The notes: generated by a model from the sequence alone, not told the origin. A DNA stretch of 64,000 bases from Gordius albopunctatus (GCA_964276515.1 OZ193910.1:5394001-5458000), one strand, 5' to 3'. Numbered from the stretch's first letter, positions 29,301 through 42,766 are shown. Translations and numbers: made by a program.

Positions 29301-31358
29301 CTCCTTCTTTCTATTAAGGCGTGGGTGTATGGGAGCACAGCAAATTAATGGCATTTTCTAAATTTTAAAAGCCAAGGTCATGTGATGTGTCTTATTGTTA
29401 TGGAATCATTTTAATTAAAAGCATTTCAATACATTTTTGTAATAATTTTATTTTTTAATTTAGTTATGCTATGTATTTGCCAAGAATGTAGCTTTTAGAG
29501 TTTTTTTAAAGAATTTACACGTGCGTAGCCAGGATTTTCTCAAGGGGGGGGGGTTAATTTTTTTTAGAATTGTTATTTATAATAAAATAAAAAAGAGAAA
29601 TCTCTAGCCCCTGAATTATATCTTATAAATTATAGTCATTATAAGACAGGGTTAGTTTTTATTTTGCACAGCATTTTTTTCATTTCACCTGAGGTGGGAA
29701 CATTCCTGATGAAATGTTAATAATGCCAATTCATTCAAACGATGGACATATTAATTGCAATTAATAAGTTTTCAATCTCCTGACTGAAAAATTTCGTTCA
29801 GTCATGCATGTGGTTATGGGGAGACAAAAAGATATGGTTATATTATATTGAGCAGTGGTTTTATTAACATTTTGTAAGCTATTGGGTGAACGATAGGTCT
29901 TATAAGTTTAAGATAAAGCCAGATACCATAAATTATCATATTTTAGCTGATGTTTAAGCCATTTAAATCACTTTCGTAAAATTAAAAAATATCCCCCGAG
30001 TTTCCAGCACAATAATTAATGTATGTTTTTTTATCGAAATCGTTCATTGCTTAATCAAGGATTCGAGCAAGAAGATAAAAATTGTTAATTTAAATAAATC
30101 TCTTCGCTGAAAGATTAGTATAAATATTGTGCCCTTGGCAAATTGAACTTTAGAAGTTTCGATAATAAAAAATATTTGATGAAATTTTCATTCAACGCTT
30201 TTGTTTATAAATTTCATCTGAGTTGTAATAATATCTGCTAATAGATTAAGATATATTACTGCAAATGATTGCATAGTGAAGATGTATAGCTGAGAAATTA
30301 ATCAAGATATAAAAGGAAATTCAAGTATTTAAATGGCGAAGAGAGCTTATAAAATTCCTACTTACTAGGTGTGGAAGGGCCAGAAAATCTTGTGGGGAAA
30401 ATGCTTAATCAAGTTTTTTTGTAGTGCTGTAAACATTTGTAAAAAAATCGAACGCGTTCACGTTCGTTTAAAAAAACTCGGACCTTCGGCCCTCGTGGTA
30501 AGGGGAAAGGGGCAATGGGGGTAGGAGAAGGGGGAACTCTTCTATACTCTGTATAAAAGTATCATATTTGCTATGCAATTTATGGGCGAGAAAGGTGGGA
30601 AGGGGCGAGAATCTCTATAGGGGGGTATTAAATGCAAAATAATTGGACTGACGGGCATAGGGTAAATATCAATGGTAACCAATTTAAAAAAAAATTTCGA
30701 ATCACAAATTTGGCCAATGGTCATTTTTTAAAATAGTTAATAATTGTTGTGAAGGGTGTTTACACTTCTCTATTTCTCCCTCCCTCCCCCCTACCCCTTT
30801 GTAGCTTACACGGTCGTTGTCTCGCTATCTCTCGTTGTTAGCGAGCGTCAATAATATTATTTATTACACGAGATTTTATTTATCGTATTTATATGTTTAT
30901 CACGCGTTGTGTGAGCGATAAAAAGATCATTAATAAAGTTTAATCTCATTACCTTTCACATTGTTCCATCATCCTAGTACGAGTAAGAAATCAGTTTGAT
31001 AAACTGTATTACACTTTGATTAAACTTTGTTATTGGTGATAGCTAATTTAATATTCTGGTTTAATGAGTAATGTAATATTTCTGATTTTTTTGATGCTTT
31101 TTGGATATTTTTTTCTTACAATTAAATTTTTCAGGCTGTTTATTATAAGAATTTTATTATGCTATTTACTTGATTCAAATTAGTTTTATATCACGCTGAT
31201 ATATATTTTTCTTCAAGTGGGTTAATAAATACATGCATATTTGGTATTTACGTAATTTTGTAATAATTTTATCTTTGAATTAGTTTAAATATAACTAACA
31301 ATTTTGCTATTAGATTTAGGGGTGCAATATATTTATCTTTGAAAAGTTTTGGTAACAT

Positions 31359-32640
31359 ACCAACCACGGATTAAGTGTAACCCGGAAATCTACACACAGA
31401 CGAAGCGAACCGTCGCTCTTCTTAACCGGAACCAGAGGGGTCGCCCACTCACTATAATCAACGGGCGAAACTATCCCCTGATCAACCCAGTCCCGAAGCA
31501 TGGCATTAACTTCGTCCCGCCAAATAAACGGAATACGCCTATTCGGGCAAAACTTAGGACAGGCACCTCGTTTAAGCAGCACATCGTACTCATACCCCTT
31601 TAAACATCCTAAACCTTCCGAAAAAACTTCGGCGTAGCGCGTCACTAAATTACGCAAATTAGATTGCCATTCGCCCAGGTCGCCCAAACACTTAAATTCA
31701 CCCGAAGGTGTCACACCTGCAGCACCCGAAGGTGTCAAGCCCGCAGGCGTCCCGATGTTTATCATCGCACACGACTTAGTCGCTTGCTTGGTACTCGGAG
31801 GCTCAATATTACATATCATCGCACTCCCCCCTGGGCTTACTTTACGACTACGCTTTAACTCCAACTCCGGGGTAGGTACCTCTAACGTGTCACATAACCC
31901 AAACCACCTAACACGAGGGCCTATCACTTGCAACCAATCCCAGCCCATTAAAGGGGCGATATTAGCTGCCCTGATAAAAATAGGTAATTACACCTCGTGC
32001 CGCCAGCCACCACCTCCACACAGGCCTTCCCTACCAATTGGACAGGCGCACCATCTAACTGGCGCGCATTAAAAAGGGAATGGGATATCTTTTTAGAGGG
32101 CCAAAAGCGCCCGAATCGAGTATAAAATTAATTAACGCACCTTCCACCCACACTTTTGATGTGGGCAGTTGTGTACCAAATAATAAACGGGGCAAAGCGC
32201 TTGTTAAATTAAACGTTACAATGGAGCTGGATGAATTAGGTACGTTGACATCTAGTCAACGCACCCCCGCTCCACTAGCAGTCATCGCGGAAGGCAGGCT
32301 ACATCCGCACGAAGTTGAAACACCCTTATTAAAATTATTTCCTTTTTCACTATCCCTGTTCATATTGCCATTACAAAAAGCATTCTGAGAGGGATGCGGA
32401 ACATTATTACCCGAATAATTCCTGTCATCAAAATTAGCACTATTAAATTTATCCCTATAACCATCTGGCAGTGGTCAAGAATAATTCCCATCTCTGCCAT
32501 TATCCCTGTTATTAAAACTTTGCCTAATTCTGCCTTTGAACATCCTTTCTGCTTTCTTATTACAATATATAACCATATGTGGTCCCCCACAGTGAAAGCA
32601 TTTCATCGCTTGTTTAACTACATTTACCCTAATGCTTAAA
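31359..32640 (-). pseudogene. Ty3/gypsy (Mag-like) gag zinc knuckle, aspartic protease and RT N-terminus, truncated
   Basis: CFHCGGPHMVIYC (CCHC), FILDSGA, SEWATPLVPVKKSDGSLRLCVDFRVTLN. Cut off at the left inverted repeat. Confidence 0.9.
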
Positions 32641-33238
32641 CACAACATCTTCCACAAAGCAGCTATTAAAACGATTAATAAAACAAGGACTAACCAGTTC
32701 GCTCTAATAATATCCACATATAAGACCACCTTCTGTGTGGTTTTAAAAAATGATAACATATCTGCTACACAGCTTAACAAGATCAATGGGGGAGAGGGAC
32801 TACGCGTATACCTTAAGATCCGTATACTTTAATAATAAGAGAGAGTTGATGAGGGTGTTGTTGTGTATGACTGAGGAGATGCCCCGTGGTATAAAAGAAC
32901 AGAAAGCAACATACATTCATTCACTTACTCACTTACACTCTCTTCCCCACCCATTCACAAATTCATTATTCGCTTAACCATTTTGTACAATCGCTCACTT
33001 ACTTACTTTTCACCTATGTTAACGTTGCCAATTCGCAGTTAATACGCCTATAACATTGGTCATTTAATTGTAATTATACCGTGTAAATTATATCTTGTTC
33101 GATTATCCTTGGAAATTATGTAAGTATTGATCCTGTAACATCTTTAAATAAAGTAGATATATTTATTAGCTTAAAACAGTTTATATTAGTAGTAGATAAT
33201 AAAGAGTTGGAATAGATTATAACAGTAGGTTATAACAC

Positions 33239-35665
33239 TGTAATAACTATTAATATTTTTAAAGTTATAATCAATGTTAATTAGTTATTATTAAACCCAA
33301 AAGATAATGATTATTATGGATTTAAGTCTTACCTTATAGTTTAGGATTATAATCATCCTTAGAACCACAATTTATTATTTCATTTAATTCGAATTATTTA
33401 TTTCATTTAACTCTCACAAGAAGATTATATGTGCGGTCCCAATATTTCCGCGAGCGATGAGAAAATAATTGATATTAATTCTAACAAAGAAATATATATG
33501 CGGATTGATATCTAGGAGAGGGACTACGCGTATACCTTAAGATCCGTATACTTTAATAATAAGAGAGAGTTGATGAGGGGGTTTTTGTGTATGTGTGTGA
33601 GTTCACAGAATCAATGCCCCGTACTAGGCGTAATTAATCGATGAGATCAATCGTGTGGTACACAACTACAACACCATACCCTTCACGATCACCTCCTTCG
33701 ACCCGATTGTGGACTTCTAAGCACGGTCGTCGGATTTGAGTTGTTGACCGCACTCCATTGTTCGGACGTACGAATCGCACTGTATAGTTGAACGTCTCCA
33801 GGATCGTTTTCCTGATTGGGTGTTCCAATTGGTCTTATCGATTTGATTTCATCGTTGACCATATTTGAATCGCACCATACCCTTCAATCTTTCTAGAGAG
33901 AAGGAAATTTTTGTCAATGTATCCGGGCGTTGTTGTTGGGTTCGGGATAGGATACTTCACCCAATTGTTTTCGTTAAAAGTAACCCAAAGTAGCTTTTTA
34001 TTTTCCCCATAAGAGCGACACAGAAACTTTGTCACTCTAAGTCGTTCAGGCTGCTTCTCCATAAGAGCTGCTAGCCTCTCGACACAAAGCGTACGATATT
34101 TCCGTTAAATATAGGTGACGTCGCTATACCACATATCATCTAGCGTCGCCGACATAGGCACCAGCAACATCACTAAGTGTAAAAATCTGTCACAGGCGTA
34201 TCTCGCATAAAATGCAACTCCGCCTACCATAATCACCTGGGAGCAATGAACTCCATAACGGGAATCTTGGATCTGACAACGATGGTATTAACTTCCCTTC
34301 GTACATGCGAGGAAATAAACTCCAACGAATAAATCAATCATCATGCGCAAGGGCGATTTGCCCACCCAGAAACTCGACCTCATCAAACCTAATTAAAGGT
34401 TATATGGCATAAAGCCAACAAAACAGGTCATAACAGGCATTAAGCCTCCGAATTAATTAAAATGCGTCAGAGACGCCGCACCCGTAGGCGCCACATCCGC
34501 AGATGTACCGACGATTTGCGTCGAAAACCTAATTAATTCGCTTCTGGGTTATACGTGCGCTCATGCAAAAATACATTAATATCCGACACCTCGTCCTACA
34601 CATATTGCTCATGTTACGTACCATCGCGTCATTCCGATCATCAAGGAGGTACCGACAGAATTTTCCAGAACCGCAATAGCGTCCCACAGCACCGGAACCA
34701 CATACTCTCGGCGCTCTATTATCGCACTGTCAGATACCAGCTGATCAATCAAGGATCCTGACGGATAGCGAATCAAAAAAATTCCATGCGAAAAAAGCAA
34801 AAAGCGAAAAATTTGAAGGAATAAAACATGCATTATGAAAAAAATTTACCTTCGCGCGATTCTATTGGGACTTAAGCACTAATCTATGAAATTTCAAAAT
34901 ACTGCCACTCATCGTATTTAAAATCAAAAATATTGCCACACCCTTCTTAATACCCAAAAATGAATGTTAAAGTAGCCACCCAAGTGGTTCCCTTCTTTAT
35001 ATTTTATATTAATATTTTTAAGTTAACATTACACCAACCAAACACTAAATATATCAAAAGCATAAACATTATCTTTTCATATTTAAAGCTTATTAAATTC
35101 AAATGTATTCTTTTTTATTCTGACACCACTGTAATAACTATTAATATTTTTAAAGTTATAATCAATGTTAATTAGTTATTATTAAACCCAAAAGATAATT
35201 ATTATTATGGATTTAAGTCTTACCTTATAGTTTAGGATTATAATCATCCTTAGAACCACAATTTATTATTTCATTTAATTCGAATTATTTATTTCATTTA
35301 ACTCTCACAAGATTATATGTGCGGTCCCAATATTTCCGCAAGCGATGAGAAAATAATTGATATTAATTCTAACAAAGAAATATATATACCGATTGATATC
35401 TATCATGTGATGTATTACTGCTCGTTTACAAATAAATACGAGCTAAATAATGATGGGAATACTCGTATTAGAATCTCACTTATAATATATCGCGTATAGA
35501 TCAATAGGGGGAGAGGGACTACGCGTATACCTTAAGACGCGTATACTTTAATAAGAGAGAGATGATGAGGGGGTTTTTGTGTATGTGTGTGAGTTCACAG
35601 AATCAATGGCCCGTACTAGGCGTAATTAATCGATGAGATCAATCGTGTAGTACACAACTACAACA
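33239..35665 (-). mobile_element. Non-autonomous LTR retroelement (2.4 kb)
   Basis: Direct repeats 35130-35665 and 33239-33673 (the latter with a ~100-bp deletion), TG...CA ends, PBS TGGTGTCAGAA (tRNA-Leu type) at 35118-35128, purine tract before the 3' LTR. A related partial LTR lies at ~32780-33140. TSD imperfect. Confidence 0.8.
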
Positions 35666-36442
35666 ACAATTTAATCAAATAGCAAAATAGTACGTATCAC
35701 TAAATTAAATTGAAGCTCAAAAAATTGCCAAATTAATTTGCCTAATAAAATTGCAAATGGTAATTAAATTAAATCGAATCCGAAATATTAAAAAATTCAA
35801 ACTAATGGCAAAATTAGTAAATGTTACCAAAACTTTTCAAAGATAAATATATTGCACCCCTAAATCTAATAGCAAAATTGTGAGTTATATTTAAACTAAT
35901 TCAAAGATAAAATTATTACAAAATTACGTAAATACCAAATATGCATGTATTTATTAACCCACTTGAAGAAAAATATATATCAGCGTGATATAAAACTAAT
36001 TTGAATCAAGTAAATAGCATAATAAAATTCTTATAATAAACAGCCTGAAAAATTTAATTGTAAGAAAAAAATATCCAAAAAGCATAAAAAAAAATCAGAA
36101 ATATTACATTACTCATTAAACCAAGAATATTAAATTAGCTATCACCAATAACAAAGTTTAATCAAAGTGTAATACAGTTTATCAAACTGATTTCTTACTC
36201 GTACTAGGATGATGAAACAATGTGAAAGGTAATGAGATCAAACTTTATTAATGATCTTTTTATCGCTCACACAACGCGTGATAAACATATAAATACGATA
36301 AATAAAATCTCGTGTAATAAATAATATTATTGACGCTCGCTAACAACGAGAGATAGCGAGACAACGACCGTGTAAGCTACAAAGGGGTAGGGGGGAAGGG
36401 AGGGAGAAATAGAGAAGTGTAAACACCCTTCACAACAATAAT

Positions 36443-38133
36443 ATAATAACATCTTCAAGATTTGCCATAGATTCTTGCCAAAGTTTAACGTTCAAAACAT
36501 CTTTATTTATGGCATTTTGAACCAATGGTAGCAATTTAAACCTGGGCTTCACGAACGGAACAAGTATTTTTGGGAGCCTCATCGCCTTTATCTTTGTTAA
36601 TAAGTAAAAAAAATTCGTCCCTGATTTTTGAAAAACCTCACCCAAAATGGTGATCTAATGGACTTAATAAATATGCACTATGGAAGAAGGAATAATGAGA
36701 AACTTAAAGAATTATTTCTTCATAAGCTTAACGTTTAATTATATAACAAAAAAAAGGGATTAAATGTTAATATACGCCATAAACATGGCGCCCGGCAATT
36801 TGTGACCCGAGGTTATTTTTAAGCATTAATATAGTGAATTAATATAATTTCTCAAATCTATAATGAAAATATAATATTAATCAAATGTAACGTTTAAATG
36901 TATATATCGCTCGCACCCAGCAAATAAGCTTGGTTAGGCGCATATATTACTTGTATATTAATTAAGACCTAATCATGCTTTCAAGCATGTAATGGCTGCA
37001 ATATATATTTATTTTAACAACCATATTTTTTTAGCTAGCAAAATTATTTATAATATTTAAAGGTAAATGTAATTAAATAATTCAACATGAATTCAACATA
37101 AATATTTGGTCGGACTAGTTATGTAACAGATGTTTGTTAAATACGATTTCCGTCCTTGACTCATAAAAAACCCCGAGCCTTGCCGACAGCTTGTATATGG
37201 TCAGGGGGGCACCTCAAGAGTATTCGGACTTAATAGGCTTTTCTTTAATTTTTATTTACTTTATTTTGGCGTAATATTTGTTTTGGCTTTGATATTTAAG
37301 GGGAAAAAATATAGAGAATTTATTTAGTCGCTATTTGTGAATTTACAGTAAAAACTAAGCTTAAGCTAGAAGTGCTAAATGAATTTAATCTAAATAGCGT
37401 AAAAGGATTATCTTTCTAGAAGATTCGAAATCTTAAATAAGTATAAATTACAAATTATTTTATTGAAATTAAATTAATAATTACCTTTTGTGAATTTAAA
37501 ATGATGCGCGCTGTATTAATTGTTAATGATTAATTTTGTAGATGGTGTATTGGAAATAAAGAAATGAGTATTTAAAAATTTACAAAGTCATCCTCTCTAT
37601 ACGATTTATCCGTTTCCCTCAGAAAACCCATTAAATTCCAAGGTTGAGTAATTAAAGTAAGATCAAGTCATTGGGGGAAGGGGGTACTCGAGAGTTTTTC
37701 CGATCTATTTTTATTTCAGTGTAGCTATTGGGGAAAGCGGGTTCTAGAGAGTATGTTTTTGGGGGGCATTAATTAGGGTTAATAAATAACCTATCAAAAT
37801 TAATTTAGCGATAACAAATATCATTTTTTTAATTTGAAAAGGTGCCTAACATTGAGAAATATGTATTTATTAAATTACTATTAAATAAAAAATAGGTAAA
37901 ATAGCTGATATAAGATGGTACTCGGACTATGATATTTGCTTGAGCAGCGAGAAAGGTGTCATTCCAAATAGTTAAAGATTTTTTAAAGCGAACTTCCCAT
38001 TTGGCGTTAAAGTAAAAAACGTTTAGTAATAGCATTCTGTTTAAACTATTAGGTACGGGTGCAGATAAAACACGGTCAATTAAGCTGTTTGGTCAAGAAC
38101 CCATGTATTTATGATATTTCTAGCTGTCTCGAC
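36443..38133 (-). pseudogene. Serpin gene fragment, frameshifted
   Basis: ETARNIINTWVLDQT/NSLIDRVL...RMLLLNVFYFNAKWEVRF matches the serpin INxWV...LxNxxYFxxxW signature. A later segment has KPRFKL. Confidence 0.75.
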
Positions 38134-39383
38134 GAAAATTGGCCAATGGACATTTTTTTCCATTGGTCAGTACCCAGAGAGGGTCTATAAATACATACGA
38201 GTCAAAAAAAAACAAAAAATTTCGATTCATATTTTGGCCAATGGTCATTTTTTCCATTGGTCAGCAGCCAGCGAACGGCTAAAAAGTCATATTATCAATG
38301 GTATTAACAGGAACAATCATAAGAGTCAAAAAAACGGAAACAATTTGGCCAATGGTAATTTTCCCCATCGGTCAGGAGCCAGCGGACGGCCAAAAAGTCA
38401 TAATAGCAATGGTAGTAACAGGAACAATCATAAAAATTGCATAGCAATATATATATATATACCAATTCAAAAACGAAAAAAAAATTTCGAACAAAATTTG
38501 GCCAATGGTCATTTTTTTCAATGGTCAGTAGCCAGAACACGGTCAAAAAGTCATATTATCAATGGTATTAACAAGAATAATATATTAATTTAATTTAAAA
38601 AAATAAAAATTTTTGTCCTCTCCGGGTCTCGATCCCCAACCTGCAAGTCGGGAAGCTGGTGTAAATAACTTGGTGGACGACGGACGACGGATACAAAAAA
38701 CGAGCCCATACGTTCGTTCAAAATTTTATTATAAATTTTTTTAAAATTTAATATAAATAAATGTCATATTTTTTAATACAATAAATAGCCATGATAAAAA
38801 ATAATAGTTTTATTTCGACATTATAATTATAAATCAATATAATCTATTTTCTTATTAAATTTTATAATAATTGTTTTTCAAAGCAGGAAAGCTTGGTAGT
38901 TAATAGTAATACAACATTAGCTATACTAAAAACCCGCTCCACAGGGGCAGATGAGGGGATTGGAGTATTATACTTAATAAACAAATTTTTTAAAGGAGGA
39001 AATTTATTAAAAACATTTAATGTTTTGTCCCTCGCTTCAAAAAATTGCGTCAAGATATCATCCTCCAATCAGCCCTCTACTTCCTCGTCAAAAATGATAT
39101 CTCGGAATTGATAGCTCTTTCATTATCAATTCTAGGGGTTTCAATCCTTTTTTCAATAACACTAAAAGTTTATTCTTTAAAGGTTCATTTTCTCGAAGTT
39201 TAATAAAATAATATATCTAAAATCAGTGTTTGGCTGTACCACAAAAACTTGTATCTAATATATTTGACTAATCATTAAGTATTTTATTAATTATTTTTGT
39301 AACTAATCCTTCTTATTTTAGGAATTTCATGTTATTATTTTGTAAACTTTTCATATATTGAATTGGTAATGAAATGATAATCT

Positions 39384-39545
39384 CTCAACCGAGCCAGAAA
39401 TACCCTGTAGTGGTGGTTGAGCTTGTGTACTCTCGTGATCCAAGAAGCTATACCTTTGGTAGCCAAACACAATTTTTATGTTTGTTACTGGTGGGGTCAC
39501 CCTATTGGCAAGGTTCTTGGTGAAGGGTCAGACTAAAATTTCTGG
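39384..39545 (+). ncRNA. Candidate HDV-like self-cleaving ribozyme at the RTE 5' end
   Basis: P1 CTCAACC/GGTTGAG, P2 CCAGAAAT/ATTTCTGG, P3 ACC/GGT, L3 CTGTAGT, J4/2 C-TAAA. P1 begins at the first base after the TSD. Confidence 0.7.
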
Positions 39546-42500
39546 GCTTTTTGAGGGAGTACTTTGTGAAATTGAAGTGCTAGATTAAGCCTATCAATAC
39601 GAGTGGTCGAAAGAAAAGTTTAATTCACCAAAATGGCTGCATCATAAAAAATAGTAGGTAGTCAAGCGCCAAAATCTAACATAGTTCCGTCAGGCTTGGA
39701 AGGCCGGGATATCAATACTCCCTCATTCCATATAAACAAAAATGTATACTACAACAAAGACGCAGAATGAAAACCATAGGGCATCCCCCTTAAGCGACGC
39801 GCGCATTCTTCGCCTGGAATGTGTGGGAAATAAACGAAGGCTACCGCTCTCTCAACAAACGGAAGCTTTTAAAGACATTAGTTTGCGTAGGATAAAGTTT
39901 GGGTCATGAAATATTGGTACAATGACTAGCAAGAGCAGAGAATTGGCAGACGTTCTAAGGAGGAGAAAAATCGATATCGCGTGTATACAAGAGACCAAAT
40001 TGAAGGGCCAAAAAGCAAAATACATAGGGGACGGATACAAATTATATTGTTACGGTACAGAAACTCACCGGAATGGCGTCGGTATAGTGCTATCGGAAGA
40101 ATTTTAGCAAACTGTCGCCGACGTTAAGAGAATCAATGACAGAATTATGGCGATACAGCTTTGTTATAAATCTACTACGATAAACGTTATATCAGCATAC
40201 GCCCCTCAAAGTGGATGCTCTGAGACGGAAAAAGAGTGTTTTTGGAAGGAGCTTGAAGATGTTCTATCCCGATTTGGTAAAGAGGGACTAATAATTATCG
40301 GAGCGGACCTCAATGGACACGTAGGCAAATCAAGGGGAGGATTTGAAAGAAATCACGGTGGTCGGGGTTACGGACTAAGAAATGAAGGAGGTACGGAAAT
40401 TCTAGAAATTGTTTAAGCTTTTGACCTAGCAATAGGAAATACATTCTTCAAAAAGAGACAGGAACATCTTATAACGTACAAAAGCGGCAGCCGTACCACT
40501 CAGATAGATTTCTTTCTAGTCAACAGAGCGCACTTAAAGTATGTTCAAAATGTTAAGGTAATACCGAGTGAAATATTGGCCTGCCAACACAAGCTGTTGG
40601 TGATGGACTTTATATTAAAGGGCCTTAAAGGGCAAAAAGTTCAAAGAGTAGCCGCTACTATAGAATGGAGGAAACTAAAGGATAATATTCAACATTTTCA
40701 GGAACAAGTAATTAAACATGCTGAATTTAAGGAAAATACTTTATGTGAAGATCAATGGAGTGGTATAGCTGCCACAATGCGAAAAGCAGGACGACAAATA
40801 CTAGGTGAAAGCAAGCACACTAAAAGAATTCTCAAGGAGACGTGGTGGTAGAATGAAGAAGTGCAAAAATGTATCAAGGAAAAGAAGAGATTGTACAAAG
40901 TTTGGTATAAAAGCAAGGATAGTAATGATAAGCAAGCTTACCAAGTAGCTAAAAGATCGGCTAAAAAATTCGCAGCGAAAGCTAAAAGCAAGGTATACGA
41001 CAATATAAAGGTAAAACTCAACTCAAGGGAAGGAAAAAGATTGATCTACGAAATTGCAAAGTCAATGGCCCGAAATTCTAAGGATTACCTAGAATGCCGG
41101 TTAATCAAGGGTCAAAAGGGAGAAATACTAACACATGACAGCCATATACTACAAAGATGGTTCGACTATTATAGCGATTTATCAATTGAAAAGGGGCCTG
41201 TAGTCGAAGACACTAACCAGGAAAATACAATAGGAGAATTAAACACAGCGGACTGAATCACGGAAACGGAAGTCAAAGTTGCTATGGGTAAACTAAAGTC
41301 AGGAAAAGCCCTTGGACCCGACAATATACCAATAGAGGGCTTCAAAGCGTTAGGCAATACTGGTGCACAATTCCTCGCCAACCTTTTCAACAATATCTTG
41401 AAAACGGGTAAAATGCCTAACGAGTGGAGGGATAGCTACATGATCTCAATATACAAGATGAAAGGGGACATTCAGTATTGCAACAATTACAGAGGGATAA
41501 AGCTTATGAGTCACACTTTCTAGGTGTGGGAAAAAGTGATCGAAAAACGGCTTCGGATTATGGTTTAAATTTGAGATAACCAATTCGGATTTATGCCGGA
41601 GAGGTCTACAGCAGACGCTCTAAACAGTGTTAGAAGATTAATGGAACGGTTTAAAGAAAGGGAAGAGGATTCGCACATGTGTTTCATCGATCTAGAAAAA
41701 GCGTTTAATAAAGTTCCTCGTAATTTAGTTTGGAAATATCTTGAAGAAAGCAATGTGCCAGAAGTATACGTCAGAGCAATAAAGGATATGTACAAGGGAA
41801 ATAGAACGTACGTTAGAACAACGGTGGGGACTACAAAGGGCTTTTCCATTAATATTGGAGTCCATCAAGGTTCAGCTCTTAGTCCCTTCCTATTCATAAT
41901 AATAATGGATAATATTACCAAGGATTTAAGCGAGGAAGCTCCTTGGGCAATGATCTTTGCAGACGATATAATCCTCTGTGCCAAAAGCGAACAAGAATTG
42001 ACTAACACTGTAAATAGATGGGTAAATGCAATAGAAGAAAGTGGTCTCAGGGTAAATAGAAAGAAAACAGAATACATGAAGTCAAAGTTTAAATCGGATG
42101 AAAACCAGCAAAGTGCATCCCTTAGTTTAGGCGATTGGCAACTTACAAGCGTGGATTCCTTCAAATATTTAGGATCAACACTTCAATCGGATGGTGGAAT
42201 GGATAAAGAAATCCAAGCAAGAATAAATTCTGGATGGCTCAAGTGGAGGGACCTGACAGGTGTTCTGTGTGACAAAAACATCCCGATAAAACTAAAAGGC
42301 GCACTGTATAAATCCATCATACAGCCAACAGTCCTATATAGCTCGGAATCATGGGCTATACGTAAAAGAGAAGAGCAACGTCTTGCAGCCATGGAGATGA
42401 GAATGCTAAGATGGGTGCTAGGAGTAAGCAAAAAGGACCATAGGCGAAATGAAGAAATAAGAAGAATTTTGGGTATTACATCAATTGCGACAAAGCTCCT

Positions 42501-42766
42501 AACAAATAGACTAAGATGGTATGGCCATGTAGAAAGAAGGGACGATAGCTACGTAGGAAAGAAAATCGAGATGATAAATTTCGCAGGAAAACGAAGAAGA
42601 GGAAGACCCAAGCTAACCTGGATTCATAAAATACGGCATGATATGAAAGTCCACAAGATAAAGAAAGATCTATGTAAACATAGAAACAAATGGAAACGAA
42701 TGCTGAAAGGACTGACCACCAGCCTAGGTGACAAGCAGTCATAGAAAGAAGAATAAGAAAAAGAAG
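39384..42766 (+). mobile_element. Full-length RTE LINE of a second family, inactivated by several stops
   Basis: APE (ACIQETK, GADLNGHVG) and RT (GVHQGSALSP, FADD) motifs, GAA-rich tail, perfect 16-bp TSD AATGAAATGATAATCT at 39368-39383 and 42767-42782. Confidence 0.96.

Larger units (their letters stand above)
30745..36437. mobile_element. Element with ~615-bp inverted terminal repeats (TGT...ACA) and a 5-bp TSD, containing gypsy sequence
   Basis: 30745-31358 is the near-perfect reverse complement of 35821-36437; ATAAT flanks both ends. Confidence 0.75.
30477..38710 (-). mobile_element. Helentron-associated (HINE/DINE-1-like) element with internal tandem repeats and cargo
   Basis: On the minus strand: TCCGTCGTCCGTCGTCC microsatellite near one end, short hairpin plus T-run at the other, and tandem units containing TTGGCCAATGGTCATTTTT at 30710 and 38139-38590. 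Confidence 0.55.

Noticed and set aside
29640..30410. Possible hAT/ZMYM-like transposase remnant (similar weak traces at ~4400-4750 and ~55250-55760)
   Set aside because: Too degraded to support a specific call by eye.
32820..35600. TGATGAG motifs in the LTRs and internal region as possible hammerhead (retrozyme) cores
   Set aside because: They lack the CTGANGA...GAAA core with supporting helices.
38139..38590. Regularly recurring TTGGCCAATGG motif resembling a CRISPR array, plus ORF 38111-38593
   Set aside because: The sequences between the motifs are homologous to each other (satellite units of a HINE-like element), there are no cas genes, and the context is eukaryotic. The ORF is a by-product of the repeat.
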